Origin: Cyanophora paradoxa CCMP329 | Taxonomy: Eukaryota; Plantae; Glaucophyta | Direction of reading: 5' to 3' | DNA: 64,000 bases | Assembly: GCA_004431415.1 (NCBI GenBank) | Contig: QPMI01000657.1 | Location: 124,001-188,000, forward strand | Notes under the pieces: model-generated | Told to the model about the DNA's origin: nothing | Database searches by the model: none | The model's input: the letters and a program-made list of their open reading frames with translations, nothing else | Shown: in pieces, positions 23,401-36,339 of the stretch | Layout of the letters: the number at the start of each line of letters is the position of its first letter | How positions within the stretch are numbered: position 1 is the stretch's first letter | Made by a program: the position numbers and the translations under genes

Positions 23401-26400
23401 TCCTCGCATCTTCTCGCCGAGGTAAAACGGTTCTGCACGATCATTGACGAAGACGGCGAGCAGAAGGAAGGTGTAGTGCTGCACCACTTTAACCCGCCCA
23501 CCAACCCCCGATACGACGGGTATTCTTGGACGTTCCGACGCTGCACGGCCGACGCGCGCTGCGAGTGGGAATTCTGGGAAGATTCTGAGGGGGCCGCTGC
23601 TCAACGGCGCCAGCTAGGCCACTCCAACCGTGGATCTGGGGCATGCACCTGGGAAGAATACCTGACCCATGTGACCCCAGCTAGAACGAGACGCCGCCCT
23701 GATAAATCCACAGCGCGCACCGGGGAACTCATCGATGTCGAACTCGAGGACGACGCGTGGTGGGATGAGTTCGAAGACACACTATTTCTCCCACCCTGGA
23801 AACAAACGTGGAAATTCCCGGAGGATGCTCCGCCCCCTAGCCCCCCTGCAGACTACGAAGAAGCCGGCCCCGGACTCCGTTACCGTGCCGGGCTGCAAAC
23901 CCAACGCCTTGAGAACTTCCTGATCCCCGAGTCTGATGACGCATTTTGGAAAACTCTATCGAAAGCGCTGCAGTGCTCTCAGACGCCCGATCGTTGCCGA
24001 GTTCCCGTCTCCTACTCCGACGCTAGTACCTTAGAGGCCGGCACCCCAGCTGGGCGCAGCTCCGTCGCAGTCATCTGGCCCGCTCCCCTTCAACATGACA
24101 CCCGCAAGGCCCGGCAACGGCTTCCGGGCGCAGCCGACTCGACTCCACTAGCCGATCCCGCCCAACGCGCCAAGTGGATCCGGGCGGCCGATGACCTGCG
24201 CCGTGAGCACGGCCCCTTCTCACGCAACCAAGATCCGTTCCCAAAAGATGGCTCTAAATTCATATTCGTGCACGCGCACGGAGAAGTCAACAATAACAAA
24301 TCAGAGGCTCGAGGGGGGCTGCTAGCCGAAGCCCTTAATGTCGATGGACTGTGGCACTTCACGGACTCCGAATTTCTGTGCCGTGGGCACCGTAAACTTG
24401 TTACCTTCTGGGGAGGAACGACAATTCGTCAGCGCCTTCGCACTGACTGCGCACACGAATTCGAAGCGTGGCGGCGCCTGCGTGAACACCGAGAATCGTT
24501 GCAAGCACAGGCCTGGCATTCCGACCCCCGGGGACCCCCGATCTCGCAGACCGCCCGGTACAGTATTGGACACGTCCGCCTGTTCAAGGTCCGCGCTCAT
24601 CAGTTCAAAACCAAGAAGGTCACCCGTCCGAAACGGCGCCCCCCGGCCCCCTACCGGCCGCCTCGTAACTGGGCCGATCCTGCATTCGACGAACAAGCGC
24701 AGTACCCGTCATCGGAATCTCGTAACGCCTCCTCTAGCTCGGACGAGCCCAGGCCAACGCCGCGCTCTCCCCGCGTACCCCAAACGCCCAGCCCGCCACG
24801 GTCTCCGCCCTTCCCCGCCACCCCCCCACGTCGGGCCCCTCCACCTCCCCCAAATCTTTCCCCAACATCGCTTGCAAAATTCCGCGAAACCCTCCCGCAC
24901 CTCCCAGCCTCGACACAACGAGCCCCTCAAATTGAACTCGAGACCGTCACAGTGCCCAATCCCGACTATGATGAGTACAACCATGCCGTCGACCGCCTCT
25001 CCAGATGGGCCTCGGAACACGACCACCCGCTAATCCCTACTTCCGATTGGGCCGTCTCTCACCCTGAGCTCGTTCAGTGGGACCCGTCCCCTGCTTTCCC
25101 AGCCCACCAAGCTGCCTCAATCGAAGAGCGTCGAGCGCTTATGACAAGAAACGAGCCCCTATTCCCGCCCGGTGGCCTCCCCGTCTCTGTTATTAAATAT
25201 CGACGCTCAGCAGTGGACACCTGCTACAACATGATCTCAAGTATTCCGGGACACGCCCTTCGCATCGAAGGCGACCCATACAAGCACATGGGTGCTACAT
25301 GCGAAATATTAAATTTCAACCGACTTATCCGTACCTCCGGCGGCGGCGTGCTGCGCCTCCGGGTGGACCGATCGCGAGGGCGGTTCTTTAAACAAACCGG
25401 CCTCCGATTTCATGGCAGGGCACGCGAAGCGGACCCGGACGCTAATCGCCGGATGAAGCAATGCACTCAAATTCTGCTGCGCCTCCTCCCAACGTACCAA
25501 AGACGAGCTCGAGACGCGCCGCACGTCTACGGGGCGATAAATCCCGACGGACGCTGCATCCGCTGCGCGGTCTCGACCAACGCACTGGCTCCGGGCTCTG
25601 CCCCCCGCGAGACGAATCTACATGCCCTGATCTATTGCCCCCACCCTAGCACCCAGCAAGCCCGCCGAAACCTCCACCAACAATTCCAAAAAATTCTCTC
25701 CGAGACCCTAGACTCCGGCCGGGAGGAAGGACGCGAAGGTAAGAAATGGGACGAGGACGCGGCGCTCCGAGAACTCTTCCGCGCTCTCAACTTTGAGCGG
25801 ACCGACCTCTGGGGCTCTAGCGAACAAGATCTGGCGCGGTGCTACAACAACACTCGGCGCGACGTGCTGTTTCCCGCCCCGGAAGGATCCTCCCGCCAGA
25901 GCGCCACCGGCCGACACTGGAGCCCAGCAGAACGACGAATTCTAATCGATCTAGCCACCTGCAGCCCTCTCCCACTAGCCTCGGGGCTCCTCCCCGCCGC
26001 CCTCGTCCCCGCCCTCCGAACTCTCGGAGTCCGCAAGACGGCAGCGGCCCGCTGTGCCTCACAACTCCAGCAACTCCTCGACCGCGAACTGCGGGCCCTC
26101 TGGGCCGCCAGGTGCGAAGAAGTGCAGCCGTGGGAAAAAGCTCGGGGCATCACAGCCGCGCTTAAACGCATGTCCCGCCCTCGGGGCTGGACCGGTCCCA
26201 GCCATAGTAGCGCCGACGTCGACGCTGACTCCTCCCCGTCGCCTCCCCCAATGTTTGGTTCCGACACTGCAACTGCAGCTGCCCCCGACCCAGGCCCGGA
26301 CGAGGGGCTCGAGCGCAGCAGCTCCACAGCTAGCGACCAGAGCCTCAGTCCCCGCGCCAGCACTCAGACCCCCGCTTCAAGCCCTGCCCTTTCATCACGG

Positions 26401-28908
26401 AGTTCGAGCTTGGGCCTGGATATACAAGTAGCCTCACCCACGCAGCCGCAGCCCGATGCAGTGGACTTGCCGCCGCCAAGGCCGCCGCCTGCCCGGCCAC
26501 CCGACTCTAGATCTATTTCCGGACCGGCACAAGAGGAATCGGCAACACCAAACCCAGGGAGCCCACGCTCAACAAGTGCAAGCCTAAGCGAAGCCGACGC
26601 TAATACTCAGTGGCCGTCACCCGCCCAATGGGCGGCCGCAGGCATCGACGACCAGCTAGCGCATGGGCCGGCGGACGAAATACTGGCGCGCCTACCATTC
26701 TCGCGCCTGTTTGGTGCCCTCAGCGTCAAACGCGACTCGATGAAACGAATTGTACAAGGTGCATGGATAAACGATGAAGCTATCAATGCATTCTTCGCGC
26801 TTCTGCAGTCACAGCCCCGGCGCCCTGCGACGCCCCGCTGCTTTATCTGGAATACGTTCTATTATTCAAAGCTCACCGACGACGGCAAGGGCTATGCATA
26901 TAACGCAGTCAAACGATGGGGCTCACGTAACGGCTTTGTAATGGACGAGTACGACCACATTCTCATCCCCATCAACCACAACGGAAAGCACTGGACCCTT
27001 GCTGTTATCTCGCCGTGCCTCCGGCGCTTCGAGCACTACGACGGTTTCGCAGCCTCGAGCTCGGACCGCGCTGCCGGCGTCCCCCGCCAGATCCTGCGCA
27101 ATCTCCAACGCCTAGTCGCGGACGAAAGCAAGAGGACAGGGACCGCCAATCTCCAGCCCGAGAGATGGGCCTCCACCCCGGCCTGCCCCCCCATCCCAAT
27201 CCAGGACGACGGGACAAACTGCGGCATCTTCGCCTGCGAATTCGCAGAACAAATAATGCTGGGCCCTGCCCACACCCCCGAGCCGTTCCGTGGAACGGCA
27301 GATGAGTGCAATCAGCGCCGCCGGCGGATGGCGCTCTCCATCGTCCGCGGATCCCTTCCGCCCTCGCATAGTGCCCTCTCCCCTCCCCCTCCCCCGGAGC
27401 CTCCCGCAGCTGCAGCTGCGCATGCTCCGCCGCCGCTGGCGGCGCCCCACGGCCTCCGTCCAATCTTGCATCTGCAAACCCCGGACTCTACGCCAGATAC
27501 AGAATTGCAATTGCAAAGGCACCCTGGAAACGACGAGCCCACAGTCAGGCTACATTCGACCGATTCCACGGCCGAGGGGGACCCTAGGCCTGACTCGGCC
27601 CCAGCACCTCGCCAACTACCCCCTCAGCCCCTCCCCTTCGCGCCTGCCTCAGCAAACGGAAACTCACGTACAACCTTTGCAGACTTAGCGCCACCTATCC
27701 CATGGCCCGCCAGTGCCCACCACCCCGCCGCCCCTGAGTCCAACCCCCCTACTGCACAGGCGGCCCGGCCCCCCTCCTCGTGCTCCACTAGTACCCCGCA
27801 GCAAACCTGCTCAGCCTCTACATCCAGCGATAGCGACAGCGCCGACTCTTGGGCCGCCACCCGCCCCCCCTCTCAATCTCTTGCTAGCGCCAGCGCCCGA
27901 CTCTGGCCCAACTCTAGATCTCGACCTCCGGCTGACCCCGAAATCACCGACATCCTGCTTCAAAATCGCGCGACGACAGGACTCGCCGCCCTCTCTCTCT
28001 TGTCAGACTCGGAGCCAGAGGCCGCAAGTGCACCAGCAGCTGCAGCTGCAGCGCTCGCTGGCAACTCAGACTCTGGCAGCGACTGGAGCGACTACCAGAT
28101 AGGAGACGCCAGTACACCGCCAATCTCGGCTATAGAGTGGACGGAACTCGACTATGAACTACTCGCACTCCAACACAAGCGGCGCGGGTTCCAGACCCCG
28201 CCCCCCCTCCGCCGCCCGAAGGCCCGCCCTCCTCGCCGACGCCAAGTTCGGACCGCCCCTGCTAGTCCGCCCCCGCCCCCGCCGAGGCGTTGCCCCACCT
28301 CCGGATCCGTCGACCCCGATATCGGGGCTCGCTCTAGCGCTAGAACCAGTCCCCTAGCTAGGCCTCCAGCTGCAATCCGCCTCGCCCCCATATTTTCCCG
28401 CCGAACCCAGCCTCGCCCTATCGTCGACCCTAGCCCTACCGCAGACTCGCCCCCACGCTCTCCCCCTGCGGCACCAGGGCCCGCAGGTCCCCCTCCCATT
28501 GCCTCCCGCACCCGGTCTCGGACGGGCACATTGCCCCCACCGCGCGCCCCCACGCCCCCGCCCGCCCCCCCTCAGCCCCGCGGCCCCAAAGCCCGACCGA
28601 ACCGGCCCCGACCTGCGCCCCGACCCCCTGATCCTACCATGCCCCCGCCTGCTCGCCCCTCGCCGGCCCCTCCGCCTCTTCTCGCTCCTCAACCCCACAG
28701 CGCCAGACCTACCAGCTCACACCAATGCCCCTGGTGCCGCCGCCCTCTAGAGGCCCACCCCTCTATGCGACACCCTATAGCCCTTGCCTCATACTCTGAA
28801 CCTGGCTGCCGCCCCGACGATTTTGAATTCCTTGCCTCCCCTGACCTCATCCTCGACTACCATCTCTGGGGGGCATCCCCCCTCGGCTTCTCTCTGCGCA
28901 GGTTCTGA
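20441..28908 (+). pseudogene. LINE polyprotein: RT (frameshifted at ~22090-22460), RNase H, zinc knuckle, Ulp1/SENP-family (C48) cysteine protease, Pro-rich tail
   Basis: RNase H: YSDAS...NNNKSEARG...FTDSE...KVRAH...YNHAVDRLS. Knuckle: CIRC...ETNLHALIYC. Protease: WINDEAINAFF...IPINHNGKHWTL...YDG...QDDGTNCGIF (~26730-27345). Confidence 0.88.
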
Positions 28909-29091
28909 GGATCGCGACCTCACTTTCAACTACCGCCGGTCCCGCCTACCCCCGCTGCGTCTTAGCCCTGGCCACGTCGGGGCTGGTGGGGGTAGGTGCC
29001 TTAGGCAAGCTAGTATATTTGGCCACTCAGGGAGGTAGCGGAGACTGTACCGCGGTGTTACCAAATATACGAGGGCTTACGGGAAAAAAAA

Positions 29092-31936
29092 TACCCCCAT
29101 GGCCACCCCCGCGATTTTCCGTCGTCCCCCCTAATTTGTATGTAGTGGCGAAAAATCCCCACTGAGTCAGTCCATGGGCCAGTGGCGGGGTGACTGGGGA
29201 TTTTCGCCACTACATACAACAGACTCGGTCATGATCGTCAGACTAAAGATGGGGCTCGAGCCGGGCCCGGGCCGGCTCGAGCCGGGCCGGGCCGAGCCGA
29301 GGGGCCGGCCGGCTCGAGCCGGCCCTCTGCCACGCGGGCCGGCTCGAGCAAGCCGGCTCGAGGTGTATGGCGCGGCTGGCTCGAGCCGGGTCGGTTTTTG
29401 TTATGGGCGAGCCGGCGAGCCGGCGAGCCGGCTAGCTATTTTATATAGTTTACTATTATATATATCGAATATTATATTAGACAAGGACTGTGTACCCCCC
29501 ACCTCGGGCCGGCTCGAGCCGGCCCGCGGCTCGAGGGGTGCTGGCTCGAGCCCGGCTCGAGCCGCCGATTTGCGCTCGAGCCCCATCTCTACGTCAGACT
29601 CGGTCATGATCAGATCTAGAGTGATTGGTTGAGTAGTTAAAAATCTGGCTGTGCCAGACAAAAAGAGACTAGGCCATCATGTACCCATGTGTCAGTTACT
29701 CTGAACACGTTTCACATGCAAGTTCCTCGATGGCAGTTCCCTGGGGCAGTGACTCGAGTCAAAAAGCCCCAGACTGGCCCCCAGAGGCTCCTAAATTTTA
29801 ACTCCGAAATGAGTCCGCATCATGAATCGTGATGGGACGCATCATCGTCACGCATGCGCATGCCCATGAATGCCAAACACTGGGAAGTCACGGGTGACTC
29901 ACGCGCTTGTCACGCATGTTACTAGTTATTAGTTAATACTGTAATTCGGGTAATATTTAAGACCCAAAATAATATTTAATTAGTAATCCCGGGTTTGGTA
30001 GGTTTAGTAGGCTGAAAATAATTAAGAGTTGGCCGCGCGGCCCGGCGGAGCGCTTTAGCAGCGGCCTTTAGAAGAGGGAGGGCGCGGTGCGCGCTATAGC
30101 TAGGGGTCTAGATCTGTTGGAGCGTCCGAGAGCCCCTCGCACTACGCACTACAGCTAGCTTCTCCCGCGCTGCAACTAAGGCTGCGCTACGTACCCCCCC
30201 AGCACCTCATGTTTAATTTAGTGTACGATAAAACTTTAGTAGTCGGGCCAAGTTGGGCGGCAACTTGGGCCGGGAGTCGGGACTCGGGAGTCGGGACTCG
30301 GGAGTCGGGACTTGGGAGTCGGGAGTCGGGACTCGGGCCCGTCCGGCCGCGGGGAGTCGGCCCGGGCCCGCTGGACTCGCGATCGGAGTCTCGGGCCGTC
30401 GGACTCGCCGAGTCGGGAGTCGGGACTCACGCAGTATTTTGACTGCTGCATCTGCTGGCAAGTGTCAAGCGCACTAAATTATGGAAACCGGACGCTGCTT
30501 CGGGCTCTCTACGGGCTTCCCGTGAGTAGTCGTTTATAACTGAGTGATCATGATCATGAATATAACTATAAGTAGAAAATCCCAAGCTGCACCTGCGTCT
30601 GACGCCAAGGCCCGCGTTCGCAGCAACACACGTGCCTGGATTATTTCGCTTCTTACTGTGCGCGAACGCTAGCCCGCCCCTTCCTCTCCCCCGCCCCCAC
30701 GCACACATACCCCGTTGCAACCCCGGCGCCCCCGGCCCCGAGATCCCCCCCCCCCCTCCTTTTCCGAAGTTCCCCCTAGGCCCTCCCCTTCCCTCCCGGA
30801 GCCGCGAACCCTCTATTCCCCCCCCCTCCCCGCCCCCTCCCTGCCCCCCCCCCCCCCCCGGCCCCATAATTATAAAATATCCTAGAATTCGAATATCCTA
30901 GTGTTTCCCCCCCCGTGTCCACCCTGCACCTCCACCGGTGCCCCCCGCTTCCAATTTGAATATCAATTAAAATATCCCCCGTTTGCAACTGTGCTATTTA
31001 GGCCTGCAGCTGCAGCTGATCACTGAATCATGAAGATGTGGTGCAACTTGAAGATCTGTTATCTAGAGCATCGATCTCGCGATCGGACCCGCCACGGGCC
31101 TGATCATGATCGCACGTCGACGTCGATCTCGTGCAGGTTGCACGTGCTGTGCGATCGCCCAAACGGCCAACGAGGCCGATCTCCGCACGAAGCACGACAC
31201 CGTGAAGCTGGGCCGTCCGCAGGCATGCCCTGGAGATCCTCATGATCGATTCTCGAATGATCCGCTTTCTGGCAACGTTAACGTCGAATTTCTACGCAGA
31301 TGGGCCCGATCATCGTTACGAACACCATGCAGGTGCATGTGCTTCGTTTCGTCGAACTTGCTGATTCGTACAAACAATATCAATATATTATTTTTATTGC
31401 AGGTCGCTCCCGCGGCACCGCCGCCGATCATGATGGCGCAGCCTGTGCAGCCGATGCCGCTGGCCATGGGGCCGATGCCCGGCCAACCCCAGCCCTCCAA
31501 CATGCACATGGCGCCCCCGCCGATGACGATGCAAATGCCCGGCCAAGTACCAAGCCCCGACGTTGCAGTCGGTGCGGCTGCGTGTTTCTTGCGACCTCGA
31601 ATATCAAACCGCGACTTTAATTTAACTAAACTAAAGATCTACGGGTACGCACAGATCTGAGGGCCTTCCTTGAACGAGCTGGGGCCGAGAAGTGCGTGTA
31701 CCCTCGGACTCTGGAGGACGCCGGGCCGCTCCCAAACTCAAGCTTACCATATGCATAATTTAAACCTAAGCTTTATATATATATATAATCACTCTTAATG
31801 CATTTTCATTCTGCTTGTCGATCTGCAGGTACCTCGGGTCTTTCATGGCAAATGAGATCGGGATGGCCGAAATGCGGACGATTACGGAGGAGGTGCGATT
31901 GCGAGCTCAAGGCTAGCGCTGTTCAAGTGCTAGATG
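29092..31936 (+). repeat. Right copy of the ~2.85-kb direct duplication
   Basis: Begins immediately after the LINE A-tail and matches 14486-17344. Confidence 0.95.
29244..29591. mobile_element. hAT-type MITE (duplicate of 14638-14986)
   Basis: Same TIRs and CGTCAGAC TSD (29236-29243 and 29592-29599). Confidence 0.92.
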
Positions 31937-32042
31937 GCATGTTCTAAGACCTGCATCCCCGCAGGAGCTGCGGGACGCGATTGGCGTGGCGGAGATTGGG
32001 ACGCGCAAGCGCATCCTCGCCGCCGCCCAGCAGCTCCGCTAG
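30435..32042 (+). pseudogene. 5'-truncated PLAC8-SAM gene copy that retains the final SAM exon
   Basis: Runs from the YFDCC exon to ...GTRKRILAAAQQLR* (TAG 32040-32042). No equivalent of the first exons (2125-2550) is present upstream. Confidence 0.85.
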
Positions 32043-32396
32043 CGCTAGCTGTAGCTCAAGCTTGCGATTTGCAGTCGAATTTAACAGTGGAGATTATAAG
32101 ACTTTCAGATTAGTTTTACTCTCCGACTCCAAAGCCCCCGCCGGGGGCCGCCGCACTTCATGATCTCCCCGCACTTCACAGCACCCCTAGGCCTCGCTTC
32201 CTTGCAAAAATTATCATCGCTTGCTCCCCAAATTTCCCTTACGAGAACTCGTTGCTCCTTGCACAGTCAGGACACATGCACATCGCCCTTCTTAATTTGC
32301 AGTTCTGAACAAAACCGGTCCCTCATAACCCGTTCCTTCGAATTCGAATTCCTTGTCCAACTTGCACAATCTTGCTGCCTGCAGCTACCCGCCGCC

Positions 32397-35300
32397 TCAC
32401 TTGCGGGGGGAGGGCCCGCCCTTGCGGGCGCTGTGGCTGGCGCTGCCGCTGACGCTGTGCCCGCCGCCGGCGCCGGCGCCGGCCAGGCCGGGGAGCTTGA
32501 GGCTCGCCCCCGCGGAGAGGCCCGGCGGGAGCAGCGAGTCGTGCCCCTCCACGCCCTGCCCCCCGCCCCCGTCAGCTTCCTCCTCACCCCCGCCTCTTCT
32601 CCCTCCTCCCAGAAGCGGCGCACGGGGGTCGGGGCGAGCGGGTTGCCGTGCTCGTCCACCAGCTCCCCCTCCGCCCCCGGCGGCGGGGGTACGCGGATCT
32701 CCGCCGTCTCCCCCTCAAACATCATCCGCAGCACCTGGCGGGGGGACGGTCGGCCCCGCGCGGATCCGAACCCGCGGGCACCTTGCCCGCCTGCCCCGCA
32801 CCTTCGCGACGCGCTCCTCGAGGGGGTACTCGGGCGGCGCGTCGAAGAACCGCACGTTCGCGAGTCGAACCAGGTTCTCCAGGAACTCGGGGAACAGCAT
32901 CTGCGGGAACGAAGGCGTCGGTACCCCTGGGCGCGAGGGCGAATCGGGTACCCCCTACCTCCAGGAAGAGGGCGTCGTCCTCGTCGACGGGGAGCGACGC
33001 GCCGGCGGCCGCCCGCGCCGCCTCCACCACCACAGCGATCGCCAGCTGCGGGGGGCGCGGCGCGTCAGGCGGGGGGAGGCGGGGCGCCGCATCCGCGGGG
33101 GCTGCCTTGGCCGTGAAGCGGGGCCGGGGCGGCTCCGGGGGCGGCGGCGGCGGGGGCAGCTCTGCGGGCGGCCCTCCGTCAGACGAAAGCACCGGCGCCG
33201 CCCCACGGGAGCTCACCGAGGGGCTCGTGCGGGGTGGGGTCCGGCGGGGGCTCCTTCGCCTCCTTGCCGCCCTTGGCGGCGCCCTTGGCCCCCGCGGCGG
33301 CGGCGGCGGCCTTGTCGTCCTTCTTCGGGTCCTTCTTGGGGTCCTCCTTCTCCTTGGCGCCGGCCTTGGGTTCGGGGTGCTTGGGGTCCGGGTGGTGCTT
33401 CCCGTCCTTGCCCTTCGCGTCCGCCCCGTGGTGCTTCTTGTCGTCCTTGGCGCCCTTCTCGCCCGCCTTCGGGGGCGGCGCTGCGGCCCGGCGCGGCGCG
33501 GCGTCGGCGATGGCGTCGGCGGCCTCGGAGGAGAAAGGGGGGGGAGGGGGGCGGACCGGGCGGCTCGGGGGGCAGGAACTCGATGGGCGTTGGGGCCGGC
33601 TCCGGGGGCGGCGGGGGCGGCGGCGGGTGCTCGTCCTCCACTACCCCTACACGCTGCGGGGGGGGGGGGGGTGATGAGGCCGCGCCAAGGGAGGGGGGGG
33701 AAAGCGGCGCGGGGGTACCCTGAGCATGCGGAGGAAGTCCTTAAGGGCGAGGGTGCGGTCCGAGACGCCCCTCTCGGCGCAGAAATCGGCGTACGCCTCC
33801 TGCAGCTCCTCGTTGCGCTCCCGCAGCACCGCCTGCGCCGAAAATCAGGCGTGGGCGGGGGGGGGGGGCGAGCGGGGGGGGGGGGCGGACCTCGACGGCG
33901 GGGGGAAGGACTCAAAGCGGAGGGCGGCGTCGGGGGGTACGGGGGCGGCGGGGTCCGGGGGCCGGTAGGCGAGGACGTTGGAGGAGAGGAGGAGGGCGAC
34001 GCGGGCCGGGGGCGGGAGGAGGGGGTACCGGGGCAGGGCGGCCCGCACGAGGGCCTCCAGGAATTCCCGGTAGAGCAGGGGCCGCCCCGGGTCGTGCGGG
34101 TCGAAGGGGTCGAGCCCGGGCGAGGCGGCCGCCGCAGACGGGCTCCGCCCCTGCACCCGCCGGACGATGCGGTCCAGCTGGGCCAGCGTGAGCTGCGGGC
34201 CCGCGACGCCCGTGGCGCGGCAGAGGTGCCAGAGCTGGCGGAGGAGGAGCGCGTTGGCGCGGGAGGCCTCGCCGGCCCCCAGCTGCGGGTCCGGCAGCGC
34301 CCCCGCCTCCCGCTCCGCCACCGCGCACAGCGAGCGGTACAGCTTCCTCAGCTCCGCTGCGGGGCGCGCGGCGGTGAGGCCGGCTCGGCGCACGCGCGGG
34401 CGCAGGCGGGCCGGGTCGGAGAGGAGGGGAGACGGGGGCGGGGCGCACAGTTGTAGCGGGTGATGGTCTGCTGGACCTGCTTCACCGCCGCCGCGCGCTC
34501 CTGGGGGCCCCCGTCAGTCAGTCAGCGCCGCGGTCGGCGCGGGAGGAGCGGGGCGCACTGCTTCGGAGAGGCGGGCGCCGCCGCCCTCGTCCTCGTCGTA
34601 CAGGTCGTCCGCGTCGAACTGCAGCACCGGCGCTGCCCCCGCCGCGAGCGACGTCGGCGCGCCGCGCAGGGCGCGGGGCGGGGCGGGGCGGACCCTTCTG
34701 GGCCTCCTCGGCGCGGCGCTGGCCCTCGGGGTCCGCCATGCGGTCCGCCTCGAAGGGCCCCACGTACACCGTCCCGTTCTCCGACCGGTACAGCCCCGTC
34801 CCCGCCTGCCCGCCCCGTCGGCCCCGCCCCGTCGGCCCCCGCGGCGCGCGCAGGCGAGCCGCTAGCGCGCCCCGCACCTTCTGGTTGCCCCTCCAGTCCC
34901 CCTCGTAGCGCGCGCCGCTCGCGTAGAGGAACGTTCCCCTCCCCTCCCGCACGCCGTTCGCGAACTGGCCTGCGGGCGCGCCGGCAACGTCGTCGGTCGA
35001 CGGGGCGAGCGGGCCGGGCGGGCGGGCGGGGCGGGGAGCGCGTGTGCGCCCGCACCCTCGTAGCGGTTGGGGAGCTGGAGCGCGAGCGTCTCAGGGCCCT
35101 CGGGTATGGCGTACAAGTGCTCGCCGCGTCCCGTCTGCACGCCGTCCTGCGCGCGCCCCGGCTCGCGGGGGGTACGCGAGCGCGAGCGAGAGGGGTACGG
35201 GCTCGCTCGCCTTCCACTCGCCGGTGTAGCGCTCGCGGGAAGCCTTCCAGACCATCGTCCCGTGCCCGTTCTTCAGGTCGTTCGCCCACTGCCCCTCGTA

Positions 35301-36100
35301 CGTGTTCCCGGAGGGGTACACCATCACGCCGAAGCCGTGCTTCCGGTCCCCCTGCCACTCCCCGCGGTAGTACGCCTTCCCTTCCGGATCGTAGTACAGT
35401 GTGCCCTGCCGGCCGCGCGTCAGGACGGGGCCGGCGGGGCGCGGGCGGGGCGTGGGCGGGAGCGGGGGCGGCTCGCCTGGCCCTCCCTCCTCCCTTGCAC
35501 GAAGTTGCCCTCGTACCGGGACGGGCACGATGCAACTTTCAGGACGCCGTACCCGTTCCTCACGCCGTTCAGCACCTCCCCTTCGTAAGTCGAGCCGTCC
35601 GGCCTGCGCGCGGCCAGTTCGAGAGGGCCGCGCGGGGCGGCGCGGGCGCCCGGCGGCGTGCCACATGTAGCTGCCAAGGCCCGTGATCTTGTTAAAGTAG
35701 AAGTCGCCCTCGTAGCGCACGCCCGAGGCCCACGTGAAGACACCCTTCCCGTGCATGAAGCCGTCCTGCGAGCGCGGCGCGTTCGCCGCATGGCGGGCCG
35801 CGAGATCGGCCGCGACGCACATGAAACTCTCCGGCATAGACGTGGCCGCCCCGGAAGTATGCCACGCCGCTGCCCTCGTAGCGCCCATCGACATCGCCGC
35901 CTGCACAACGCGGCGCACAGTCAGCGGGGCGCAGCTAAGCGATAGGACGCAAACGAAGGCTCGGGGCACCTTCATAGTCCTCCACAATTGTCTCCACGAC
36001 CACAGGCTCCAGCGGGATGACGAAGGGGTCGAGCACTGGCGGCGTGGGAGCAGCTGGCGCCGGAGCTAAACCCCCGGCGCCATTCGCATGCGCTGGCTCG
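32397..36100 (-). CDS. RSPH10B: MORN-repeat protein, radial spoke head 10B-like (multi-exon; start approximate)
   Basis: Multiple MORN repeats (YEGDF..NKITGLGSY, YRGEWQGDRKHGFGVMVYPSGNTYEGQWANDLKNGHGTMVW). C-terminal YREFLEALVRAA and FPEFLENLVRLA motifs and a Lys-rich region. Confidence 0.7.
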
Positions 36101-36339
36101 CTGCTCGGCTCCAGGGTCGCGCGCTCTGGTTCACGCTTTGTTTGTCCCTTTTTTCGTGGATAGGGGTACGTTTGCTACGGGGCAAAACTTACCCAAGGAA
36201 GCTCACAAGGCCCGCCGTCGTGCAGGGTGGTGCCGCGCGCATCTAGGACACTCGTTTACGCCGTCTGCGCCTCCTCCGGGCGCGTCGCAATTGCCACACA
36301 GCACATTTGCGGCGAAGCGGAAGAACACTAGTACACGGC

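Larger units (their letters stand above)
17345..29091 (+). mobile_element. 5'-truncated non-LTR retrotransposon: APE remnant - RT - RNase H - CCHC - Ulp1/C48 protease, interrupted by a nested insertion
   Basis: APE C-terminal SDHYPV at 17381-17398. RT motifs APGPSG, IPK...LRPISLQE, DIKRAYDSV, GLAQG..SP. A8 tail at 29084-29091. Confidence 0.9.
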
